Below the pieces are notes generated by a model that was given only the letters and a program-made list of their open reading frames with translations, was not told the DNA's origin and ran no database searches. The translations under genes and the position numbers were made by a program. A stretch of 64,000 nucleotides of DNA from Saccostrea cucullata (Eukaryota), in contig NW_026921153.1 of the NCBI RefSeq assembly GCF_032062105.1, forward strand, positions 62,001-126,000, written 5' to 3'. Below are positions 1-11,898 of this stretch, piece by piece (position 1 is the first letter of the stretch; each line of letters begins with the position of its first letter).

Positions 1-2339
1 TTTCTAAGCTCATTCAATATCTGTGGTCTAGGATTGAAGACCCTTTCCTTAAGAACCCCTCAGAAAAGAGCCCCAAAATTGAGATTGTCAAATGAAGAGG
101 TCAAACTCTTTCCTTGCATTAATTATTGATAATTTGTATACTGATTAATTCAAATCATATTTTAAAGTTCATTATATGCTGAAAATGCTGATATTGCCAG
201 AATAAATTTCTGAAAATATCTATCAGACACTTTTCTCAGAAGTTTGCTACACTAAGAGCCTCGACTTCACCAATAACATCTCCGCTTCTTAATGACTTCT
301 GGCTTTCTGAAATACTGTGTCATTTATCGCATACTGTCTGTCCCTGTCCTTTACCCTTGTTACTACCCTTCTGATAAGCATCCTAGAAAGCTTCTATTTT
401 ATTTTGGAAATTTTATTTCATGAACTAGTAAATGAATAGAATGAATATTAGCGACATAATCTGAAAATAAAAACAGCTTTACAATTCTTACAATTCAGCA
501 CTGAGTGGATTAGTCAAGTCAATCTCGAGAAATATCCAAATTATGACATCAACGTTTATAGCACATTTAATCATTTCAAGACCACGATTTCCTTGACTTT
601 TTCACATGGAACAAAAATGCAGGATTCAATGTTTAAAATGATATAAAGTTTGTAATAGAAGTATGACAGGTAAGAAAAATAATTAGGTCTCAAAATGTAA
701 CATATATTATGAAACACCCTGTATATGCTCTTGAAATTTAAAACATAGAAATTTGATAATCTTTTCGTCATATTTTTTTTTAATTTTTATATAAATTCTT
801 TGTATGCGTCATATTTCGTAGTACTCTATAAAAACAAGGCAGTAGAATTGTGTGGTTCGGTTCTTACATATACTTTACATTATAGTATTACTCATTCTAC
901 GAATATATTATAGTTTGAGCAAAACGTCTTGAGTAGTATTTGTATGATTTGCTTTAAAGTGAGAAAAACTGGTCCCATATAATCCTATAGTAAATATATC
1001 TGTACCTGCATTTTGAGATGGTCCCTCAATAAAATTACCTTGGCGGTTGAGTTTCCCCAAACTTCGCAAGTGCACTGAAGTCGATGTAAGTTATATATGG
1101 TATAAATCAAAGAGCTTCTCTATTGTAGTTTTTAACTCAAGAAAAACCAAGTCGGCCCCCTTAAAAACTATTTAGATTAGAGACATTTAGATATTTTTAA
1201 AAAGTGTGTTTCTCATAGATGGAACAATTTCCAAGATCAAAATCCCCTAAACAATATTTTAAATTCATTATCAAAACATTGCAACATTGAGTAGAGAAAT
1301 TATCTTCGATATTTTTTAATAAACAAGAAGAAAACTCTAGTCAATAAATTACATATATTAATACTGTCAAATGTCCATTTCCCTGCATATGTTAATAAAT
1401 ATTACATTTTAAATATACAAATACGTTATTTATCTCACTCATATAACTTAATTAAAAATTATACGGTGAATATCAAAAAGGTCCACAAATAATGCAACGA
1501 ACTCAATTTTCCTTTTTTTCTTCACAATGCAGATTGAATAATTTTTTTATTTTATAATTTTAATTTTGTTTGTTCAACTTTTGCTCTTAATTGAAATTTC
1601 AATTACATAATATGTAGTTCAAAATGATAATTATTTAATTAACATCAAGTTATGAAATTTATATTCTAGACTTCCAGATACAATTCAACATGAGTACTGT
1701 AAAGGATTATGGAATATTTATGAGATATTTAGTTTGCCTACGTATATACATGTCAATAGGAACGTTCAAGCTTATATATAAACAATTACAAAAATGATTA
1801 AAATAAGGGATAAATAAAATGTGTAAAATGATTGGTGCTGTTTTTTAATCATATGAAATACACAAAGAAAATTTATTTATATTATTTTCCTTATTAAGCT
1901 TTTCATGAAGTATAGATTATCTAAGAATAACTCTTTAAATGAACATAAATTTTGCTGAGTAATAAGAATTGATCATCTAGACTCAGCATTGTCAATTGGT
2001 TCAAGGATAATAATAAATAATATCCCTAAATTTAGTTTAACTTTTTCACTGGATTTTATCCTTAAAAAGATCATGAAGATGTCTCCATATAGTTTTATTC
2101 AATTATTTTGAATTTTTTACTAATTTTTATGGAAATATTTCGAGTTGTCAGCCTAACGATTTAAAGGCATTTGTCTCCTTTTTAATTTTTATAAATATGT
2201 ACTCTGCCAGTTTCTCAATGTCATTTTCAAATCATTTCCCTTAAAGGAAATTAAATAAATTTCTCTCTATAATAATACTCATAAATGCAATTTTAAAATT
2301 CTTTAGATGTTGGTTTCTCTAAAAATATTATGAATGTTG

Positions 2340-2558
2340 ACACTCAGAACCATTGAGCATTGAGGTTTTTTTTTTATTGTGCTCGAACCTATTGAAAGAA
2401 TGAAGTTTCGGTTTTGGGGATTTCATCGGATAAAATCACAACTTTCTGTTTAAAGCATCAGGCGTTTTGGTATACAGTTATTATCCACATTTATCGAGGT
2501 TCGAACTCACAGCTTTCCTGTCACAGAGGGAACGTTCCGTCGATTGAGTTACCATGAC
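2340..2558 (-). mobile_element. Degenerate tRNA-derived SINE
   Basis: Minus strand reads GTCATGGTAACTCAATCGACGG (A-box-like) ... GTGAGTTCGAACC (B-box), followed by a body resembling the SINE at 44091-44381. Confidence 0.55.
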
Positions 2559-3217
2559 AATCAGTTCGATTTGAAACATTTTTCAAAATATATAAATTTG
2601 ATATCAGATAATCTGAGTGTATGATATGCGGATTCATTCATGAATACACATGTCTTCAACTTCTTTTCAAGTTATAGACATTTAAGTCAAGTTTAATTAA
2701 ACAAGGGATGTTTCCTAATCCTTGACACCTAATCCCGTGGAGATTTATTGTATAAAATTCAACTAAAAAAAAACTCAAAAGCATTTAAGGATATCGCCCT
2801 GAAATTAAAGTTTTATTTACACACTCACAGAATGTACGAATTTACGCCATTGACCCTTTGACCCCAAAATCAAGAGAGATCTTTCTTAGACCATAGGGAG
2901 ATATTTCATTACAAACGCACAAAGGCTTTTTAAGATATCGCATGGAAACGAAAACAATACAGAAAGATAGAACTACAGACGGACAGAAAGACTCGTATTT
3001 ATATCCTCCACGTTTAGTGGGACAATGTGGGGATTTGACTCGCGTTATTGTCATCAATTGGTTATGAAATAGTATGTTGGACTGCGTTCTGAGCAGGGTT
3101 TATTGATTTAAAAAAAGGGTTCGTGATTTTTAAGAAATAAAGAAGATACATGTAATATTTAGCAAAAACATCATTAGATATACGAGAATACATGAAAAGG
3201 AATAAAAAAAATAAAAA

Positions 3218-3758
3218 AAGAAGGTTTGGTTTTAGCTTTATTGTGCCCTAAAAATGTAATGCCATCAAAAAGTTTTGAAACTAGGTTAAATATTAGTTAA
3301 ATAAATGACTCTGATAAATCAGGAAAGTATATGGCATGAAGGTTTACCATTCTGCAAATATGACGTCATTAGTGTGAAGCATTTCTCTATTTTCAACAGA
3401 AGAAGCCTCAAAATGGCTCATTTCATGGGTGATTTTCCTTTAGAAAACAGTGTTCAGAGCCGTCGCCCACGTTAATTTTTTGATATTTTGTGCAAAATTC
3501 AATAACAAATCACATTTCTCAAGATCTATCTGAAAGATGAAAATTGGTGTCTTCTGCAACTTTTTAAGAAAATACGGGAAAGTGCACATGTTTATGACGT
3601 CATAATTAGCATTTAAAAACACATGTGAGAAAAATGACTTGTGTGATTTTTTGTTTTTTGCATTAAATTTCAATTATTTAAAGTTTTCAACTTTTACACC
3701 AGTTTCATTTTTTAGAAAATCACAGGGCAAAATTTGTATGGAAAGCATACCTTCTTCT
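3218..3758. mobile_element. Non-autonomous DNA transposon (MITE, ~550 bp), copy 1
   Basis: Terminal inverted repeats AGAAGGT(T/A)TGGTTT ... AAAGCATACCTTCTTCT; a highly similar inverted copy lies at 47501-48068. Confidence 0.8.
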
Positions 3759-4799
3759 TACATTTCATATTTACTGTTGCAAATTTTGTGGCGATCTGAC
3801 TGTCTAAAAATTATTCTTATCTAGATTATTGCAGCGAAAACAATCTACAGGCTGCAATTGAAAATCAAGATTTCAGTTATTTCTTTCTATATATGTGCAA
3901 GCATTCTATGATAATATATTTATCGGCAATTATTCGCCATACATATTTATATTATTACCATAATTAAACAATTGTAACATAAATTCAAGAATATTTCTAT
4001 AAATTAAATGTTAACATAAACAGCATTTTACTTTCTTATAAAACACATGTAAACATTAACATTAGAACATTCAATAAATCATATTTTCGATATATTTCAA
4101 AGTTTCTAAAAATTAATTTTGATAATGATAACTATAATGTCAATGAAAGTACTTGTTTGTATCTTATACCTCATACATGCTGAGAAAATAAAATTTAAGA
4201 GTTTTTCATTAACCCTTAAAGATATTTCAATACAATGTTAACGTCTACTAATACATGTATTTGTTTTTTAAATATCCCTACGTTTCTGCGTAACAAGTCA
4301 AAATCTGATTCGGTTTAAACATGCTTTACAACTACATACATTGTACGTCAGTTCGCAAGCATAACCATCCTGTGGAAGTTTGGTATTTTTGGCTAATATT
4401 CATTAAATCATATGATATATCTGCGGAAGAAATTGTTTAGAACAACACGAGAATGTTTATCCGTTGATTTTTTGAGTGACATGATTATATACAGAAGAAA
4501 AAATTGAACTTGTTCCTTATAAAAAAGTGGTCAAGATAATGAAATATTAAGATGTCAAACACAGTTCATGTTAAAGTCAAACGCTGCATGATAGACCTTT
4601 TCATATGCATTGTTATTAGAAAAAAATATATACAAACTGAATTATCTACAGATTTTCCCGTTATTTTCCAATCACGACAAAGACACACGGAAGGTGCGAC
4701 AAATCTGAGCAGATGCTTAATTATCCAAGGCATCTGATCCAACCTCTGATGCTTCAGATGTATGTGTTTGTCCTACCGGTGGTTTCTATTCTTTGAATT

Positions 4800-7525
4800 A
4801 ATTGTTGAGCTGAGACAGTTCATTATTCTCGAAAAGAATTATTACCGCACAAATACCGGGTAGTCAGTCGCTGGGTACACCTTTCCGTAGACAACAAGAA
4901 GAATTTTGGATTAGAAAACTGGAGACAGCCTTTCCTATGGATGTAATGACAATGTCGATAGTGTTGGAAATCTTTCCATTCCGCAGTTAATCATTATAAT
5001 GTAAATGTGATGGGACTTTTAACCATACACAGAGACGTAAGCGTAGTCATGGGCATCGTCGTACAATAAACCTGCAATACACGACGTCTCTTTTGATTCA
5101 TTACTACCTAATGTAAATCAACAGTTAGGTCTACATCATGTTCGCACCAAACTTTACTCTGTCCCTTTGAAACTTAGTCTTCTTGAAAAGGCCAAGACGA
5201 GTCCAATGTTTGATTCCTCAACACCAGGCCTGGTGGCCATAAAACTTAGACGAGCTCACTTTTTGATCTCAGTCTCACTTTTCCACCTTATATTCCTTTG
5301 GAAAAAGTGAGACTGAGATCAAAAGGGAGCTCGTCTAAGTTTTATGGCCACCATGCCAGCATATAGGCTCGGTTCTGAGATTATGGATATTGCAAATCAT
5401 AGGCTTTTTAAATCCGCAAGTTTTACAAAAGAAAATGCAACTAAAACTATCCGTTTTTTCCTTAAACTTCAATAGGCCAATAAAGGAATTGACGCGGTTA
5501 ATATAAGTAATATTCTTAATCACAAAAGGGTTCAGTCTTGTATTCCACCATATTTCAAGTTAAAGACTACACCTTGTATTTCCTACAAATATACATCGAC
5601 AATTGCTTCCAAACTTTTCAATTACAAAAAAAAATTTATATGGCCTGGATACCGAGTATCTGAAACATAATCCTCCATCGTGTTCATGTTCTTCTTCGCC
5701 CTTTAACTATAGTCCTGCAGGAATATAGTCCTGCAGGACACGTTATTATAGGGGAAGTAAATATAGTTAATAATGAGGACCTTAGATCACTTATTTTAAA
5801 AGGTCCTAAATATAAGGAACCCCAATCCTTCAAATAGTGTCGGAATTTCATAAATATTATGCATTCTGTTGACAATTTCGCAAGACGATAAGCCAGATAT
5901 GAAAAGAAAACGTTGACACCTTGTCAGAATGGATTAAATGTATCAGATCCATGTTAAAGTCGCGTATTAAAAGATTTGGGGGCAATATGAAAACCATCTA
6001 TCCTTCTGTGTTCAGTAATCCAGAAGTGAAAACAGAATTAGATTACATGATCAGTACGCACTGGTCCCTGCCGACGAAGTAGGTAACAACATTATCTTCA
6101 TTTGTAAGGCTCATTATATGAATTGTATTTTAGAAGAACTTGGATTTAATTCTACAAGTGGTAATCCTACTTATACTCATACTTCCCTTTCTATGGAAGA
6201 AATTCTTCAAAATCATATGTCAGTTTTGAATATCTTTAATATTCCACAGAGCCAAAATGAATTTGAACTACCCTATATATATATTGGATTCCGAAACTTC
6301 ATAAAAATCCGTGAAAAGATACATTGCGGGTTCCAGTAAATGTACAACCAAGCCTCACTAAGATGTTGACAGTAGTGAAGGAAAAACTTCAATAGTACTG
6401 TGCAAAAATATATTCAAGAAGTGGTGTGAATCAATGGATACTCAAAAATTCCAAAGAAATTTTGGACAACTTGAAATCACAAGATTTTTACCAAAACCAA
6501 CAGCTTAAAAAAATACGACTTTTGAACAATATACACAACCATTAACCACGACAAATTAAAGTCCAGGCTTTTTGATATTATTGACAGCTGCTTTCAATAA
6601 AAATGGAACTTGTAAATTTACTTTCTTGGTCATTGTTCATTTGCAAAATTATTTTGTTAAAACACATTCTGATTGCACACACAAGTACTCTGAAGTTGAC
6701 ATCAAAGAGATGCTTGAGTATCTGAATGACAATATCTATGTGGTTTTTGGAGACCAGGTATTTTAACAATCTGTTGGAATTCCCATGGGTACCAATTGCG
6801 CTCCGTTAGAAGCAGACCTATTTTTATATTCATATGAAGCAGAATTTGTGCAAAATCTTATGTGTGAAAAGAAGAAAAAACTTGTTGTGGCCTTCAACTC
6901 GACACTTACATATATCGACGACGTATTGTCAATTAACAATGGTAATTTCCATTCCTACGTCGATACGATATATCCTGGCGAGCTTGAGATAAAAGATATC
7001 ACGGAGTCTGATACATCTGTTTCATACTTGAATATTTTACTTGAAAAAGATGTTATTGATAATCTATCAACCAATCTATATGATAAACATGATGACTGCA
7101 TACGGAGTATATATATCTCAGTTGATTCGATACGCAACAGCATGCTCTAAGTATGAACAATTTCTAAAACGAGGTTAATTATTGAAGACATGTTGATGAA
7201 ACTAGGATATCAGCAGTATCGTTGAAAATCATCATTTCGTAAGTTCTATGGTCGATACAATGACCTTGTCAGCAAATACAATTTATCATTGAGTCAATTG
7301 ACGTTTTTCATACAAATTGTTAGTTCATTATTTATACACTGAATTGACGACGGATTTTTTCCGTTATTTCCCGATCATGACATGTAGCACACGGCGGGGG
7401 ATGCTCACTCCTCCATGGCACCTGATCCCACCTCTGATGTTTCGGAGGTCCGTGTTTGCTTTGTTCCTATTTTGTATCGTTTATGGACTTTGATATTGAA
7501 TACTGTTCGTTATCTCCATATCCTT
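4800..7525 (+). mobile_element. Decayed Penelope-like retroelement with permuted domains (Naiad-type: GIY-YIG endonuclease, CxC linker, RT)
   Basis: Frameshifted translation gives the end of the endonuclease, QQEEFWIRKLETAFP/YGCNDN (~4890-4955), before the linker PPSCSCSSSPF..GHVIIG..LILKGPKYKEP (~5670-5823). RT motifs follow: YWIPKLHK (~6280), MGTNCAPLEADLFLYSYE and YIDD (6785-6925). Many stops and frameshifts. Confidence 0.88.
5227..5357. mobile_element. Fold-back MITE (~130 bp) inserted in the Naiad element
   Basis: Near-perfect ~60-bp inverted arms, GGCCTGGTGGCCATAAAACTTAGACGAGCTC...TTTTTCCA and TGGAAAAAG...GAGCTCGTCTAAGTTTTATGGCCACCATGCC, around a short loop. Confidence 0.8.
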
Positions 7526-7840
7526 CTTCCAAATATATGACACAAAATGAACAGAACAAACATTTTATTACTGAACCTAAATAATACTGTTTACAAGGAA
7601 ATCTCCCTATTTTCGTCCCTGTCGCCCTATTCATAAGTGAGCGAATTTAAAACGGATCGAATTCAAATAACACAGTATAAGTTCTGAAATATGGTTATTC
7701 TTACTCCATTAGCACCAACGTACGTTTCAGACTGCCACTAGAGAATTAATTCACATCCAAGAAAAACTGTTACAAAGAAATTGGTTCAATCTCTCCATCA
7801 GAGTCTCTGCAACAGATTCCATTTTCTCGGTAGAAAACAC

Positions 7841-8505
7841 GTTGGTAGAATGCCGTTGTTACTCCATTGGATATTCATTGTTGGTAGAATGCCGTTGTTA
7901 CTCCATTGGATATTCATTGTTGGTAGAATGCAGCTGTTACTCCATTGGATATTCATTGTTGGTAGAATGCAGTTGTTACTCCATTGGATATTCATTGTTG
8001 GTAGAATGCAGTTGTTACTCCATTGGATATTCACTGTTGGTAGAATGCAGTTGTTACTCTATTGGATATTCATTGTTGGTAGAATGCAGTTGTTACTCCA
8101 TTGGATATTCATTGTTGGTAGAATGCAGTTGTTACTCCACTGGATATTCATTGTTGGTAGAATGCAGTTGTTACTCCACTGGATATTCATTGTTGGTAGA
8201 ATGCAGTTGTTACTCCACTGGATATTCATTGTTGGTAGAATGCAGTTGTTACTCCACTGGATATTCATTGTTGGTAGAATGCAGCTGTTACTCCATTGGA
8301 TATTCATTGTTGGTAGAATGCAGTTGTTACTCCATTGGATATTCATTGTTGGTAGAATGCAGTTGTTACTCCATTGGATATTCATTGTTGGTAGAATGCA
8401 GTTGTTACTCCATTGGATATTCATTGTTGGTAGAATGCAGCTGTTACTCCATTGGATATTCATTGTTGGTAGAATGCAGTTGTTACTCCATTGGATATTC
8501 ATTGT
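7841..8505. repeat. 39-bp minisatellite, about 17 copies, with degenerate copies to ~8640
   Basis: Unit GTTGGTAGAATGCAGTTGTTACTCCATTGGATATTCATT repeated head to tail; it explains four repetitive ORFs. Confidence 0.97.
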
Positions 8506-9974
8506 TTAACTGGTAAATTGTTATTTTTCTAATGGAGATTCATTTTTTAGACTGATTGGTAGAACACAGTGATTATTCCATTGGATATTCATTTGCTTAA
8601 TTAGTAGAATGCAGTGGATATTCCATTGAATATTTGTTGTTTTAAAGATTTGAATGTGTGATATTTTTTAATGAGCTTTCGTTTGTTTCCCTGACATTGG
8701 AAGCCATATTAATGAAATATGTAAATATCGAATTTTGTTTCGGTGCGACATAATTATTTTAATACTATTTTTTTATAACAAGGTCAAATGTCACTAGGAC
8801 GTGACTTAAAATGTCATGTTATCAGAATTAGTAATGTGTTCATGATCCAACATGCTTATTTCCTTGCTTATGTATAAGTTTAAACTTCAATCATGCATGG
8901 TATTCAAACTATACTTCAATAAAAAAGATACATATATGTTAGAATTTTATAATCATGTTATGCAATAAAAAGTTTTATAACTACATACTGACGGGAATAT
9001 TTATATTTGAAGAACGTTTCAGACAACTGAAACAATTAAAATATTGATGGGGCCCCAATCTCATAAATATTTAATATAGAATTATCAATTTCAAACTTGA
9101 AAAAACAAAGATTAAAGTTAGAATTACGACTTTTCAATGTGTAAAAACAACTAAGATAAAAGTTGGCCTTGTTCATTTCCTCCATGGCACCTGATCCCAT
9201 CTCTGATGTTTTCGAGGTCTATGTTTATATACTCTGCTCCACTTTGTATTGTTTTATGGACTTGCCTGTTCGTTATCTCCGTATGTTTCATTGATATAAA
9301 AATCGGATTACAGTTGGAAAAACCAACTTTAAAGCTCAAAATTCCAAATTTAAAACAAATTACTTACATGTAGCACTAATACGCTTTCCGAGCAATCACC
9401 TTTATCACCAACATTAAATATATATGTTTTTCCTTCTTATAATATTTATTTCTCTATTTCGATATCGCCGAAATATGGCTGAAATATTGCCGACTCGGCG
9501 TTGATATACCCCCGGTATGTAAGACTCCAAAGTCCGAGTGTAACACCAAACCCCGATGGTCTGCGCGAAACAAGTAACGTTTATGACGTCACAATATTTA
9601 AACGTCAATCATTGACGCCGCTGTCCTGCATTCAAAATCCATCATTTCTGAATTCGTCCTCGCAATCAATTTTATTGCTTATGCTTATTGCTTGCATCTT
9701 CCAAAGATATTAGGATTAGTTCTCGCATACCACTCGACTGATAGGGTTTAGTCCTTGCTTCGCACCAACTCGAGAGATTAAGGGTACGTCGATCCTCATA
9801 CACAATCCGAGTGATTAGGGTTAGTCTTGCACCAACCCAAGATATCTAGCTAGGTTATATTCGTTACACACTTTTCGAGCGATATGGGTTAGTTTGGCAC
9901 CTATCCGTGAGATTAGGAATAGTTTTCGTATAATTATATTTATTTAAACTTAGAAAATAACTATCTTCTAATTT

Positions 9975-10470
9975 GGTATTTGCGACCGTTAATGCTGATT
10001 TAACGGTCGTAAACTAAGTTGTCTTACTCGAGCAACGGACGGCTGTAACGTATAACGTATAACTTAGAAAATCCTTTGAAATATCTTAAATTAATTTGTA
10101 CAAGGTTTATGAAGACAAAAGACTTTCCAGACGTTCAATCATAAATTGGATTGATTGTTTATGTGAAGGGGGGGGGGGGGGGCATTTTTAAAAATTGGGT
10201 TTGTTTTGTTGTCCAGCGAAAGTATGCTTGGGAATAGATGTGTATTATGTCAGGTAATTTGTTATAAAATATTGCGAAGTTACAGCTAGAAAAATGGTTG
10301 AATATTTTTACAGTAATATTATTATTAAATCCCTAAAATATCTTTGAATTTAGACTTTTAACAAATCGAACATCATAAAAAGAAGGGCCCTACAACTATA
10401 ACCATATTGGACAAACGACGTTCCTAAGACAGAGGACTCGGGTTGCGATGGTCACCGTGTTCTTTCTAGA
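9975..10470 (+). mobile_element. Probable Helentron/HINE-like non-autonomous remnant
   Basis: 5' hairpin TTTGCGACCGTTAA..TTAACGGTCGTAAA, short microsatellite-like core, 3' GGTTGCGATGGTCACC...TTTCTAG. Confidence 0.4.
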
Positions 10471-11505
10471 AAAGGATATCCTTATTCAACCATCCTATTT
10501 CCGAAATTTGGTTATTTCTTACAAATGGACTGTTCTTGTTATAAAAATCAACTTGCATGGTATGAAATATACTGACACGCAAAAGAAACGCAACACCTTA
10601 CTTTAGGGGGAAATAATTATATATAGTAACGAATTTCATTTCTAAAAAGTATGGATATCTTCAATTTTGTTAATATCGGTAATTTAACGGTTGAACGACT
10701 TTCATATCATTACCGGAAGTCAAGTTTGAGTCTGCTTAACAGAAATAAAAAATTGCATGTTTAATTAACAAAACAATTGACAATATTTTGGAGTTTTAAG
10801 GGTTGGTAACTGTTCATGAGCATTAATGACAGTACTTGGACTAGAAGTCCAAGGTTACTACACTGCGCTAGGTTAGAGAAAATTCGACCTAATCATCTGA
10901 AAAACAGGCATTTAAAAATGGCAAAGAATTATTCCTTCAATCAGATCTCGATATTGATGAACCTACTGTATCGTAGAAATTAAGCTGCGATTGTTGTGTA
11001 GGGCAGTATTGCACGTTTTAATTGAATGACTGGGAAGGGGGTGTTATAACAGTCATATGTTACTTTCTAAAGTTAAAAGATAATCATTTAACTTTTTTTT
11101 TTTATCAAATCTCCGATGTTTTGAAAGGTGAGTTTAGCCTTACTGTATTCATTTTTGAAAATCATACGACAAAAAATTCAAAATTTGTAGATTACGGCTT
11201 GTTGCGTTTCTTTTGTGTGTCAGTATATAAGACTCGGAAAAATATTTTAGCATCCATGAACAGAATACTTCAGAGCATGTCACGTGACCGCCTGGATCAC
11301 GTGATTAGCGCATGGGCAGAACGGCAGCAGATATGCATTAAAACCAGAGAGTGCTACTTTGAAAAGTAATGAACACTTAAACCTAATTTTATTTGTTTTA
11401 TGGAAATTATTTGTTCGCGAACTTTTTGATCACTCCTCGTAAAGCGTTAACTGACCGAAACCATGTAATACTCGAATGGTTTGGGCAAGAATTAGATTTA
11501 TTTCT

Positions 11506-11898
11506 TTTAATTTAATTTTAAAATCATTCAACAACTTTGGGGTAAAATTTCGTTGTTATTCATTAGTTCAAATGTGCCGCTCATTTAAAAACAACTGTAG
11601 TAACGGGAGTGTCGGGAGGAAAGGGGAGGTAATCACTGAAACATATAGAGCTAGCAGCCATGATGTTTGCTTACATGTGGTAAGATCGAGTTCTGTTTGG
11701 AGTTAAAGGTACATTAATTAAATCTTGAATCTTCCACGAATCCCAAGGACTGGAAATGAGAGGATGGCATGGATACAGATGATTCAACTGGTTGTCAGGA
11801 GGTGTGTCCAAATACCAAATCAGGTTATACAGAAATAGTTTTATGTTACTTTAGGATATTAACCAATCAGGGGCTAGAATACAAACAAAACTAATTTA
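11506..11898 (+). repeat. Dispersed repeat: solo copy of the body that follows the palindrome at 31673-31828
   Basis: Colinear with 31829-32215 (shared CTAGCAGCCATGATGTTTG, GGACTGGAAATGA, AACCAAT, GAATACAAA). Confidence 0.8.

Noticed and set aside
4800-7525. Selenocysteine recoding or a SECIS in the Naiad (reported for some clam Naiads)
   Set aside because: Stops are mixed TAA/TAG/TGA with frameshifts, and no convincing SECIS fold is visible. The copy is too decayed to support the claim.
7781-8516. Repetitive ORFs, or a CRISPR-like array
   Set aside because: Head-to-tail 39-bp units with no unique spacers and no cas genes. The ORFs arise because the unit length is a multiple of 3 and several frames lack stops.
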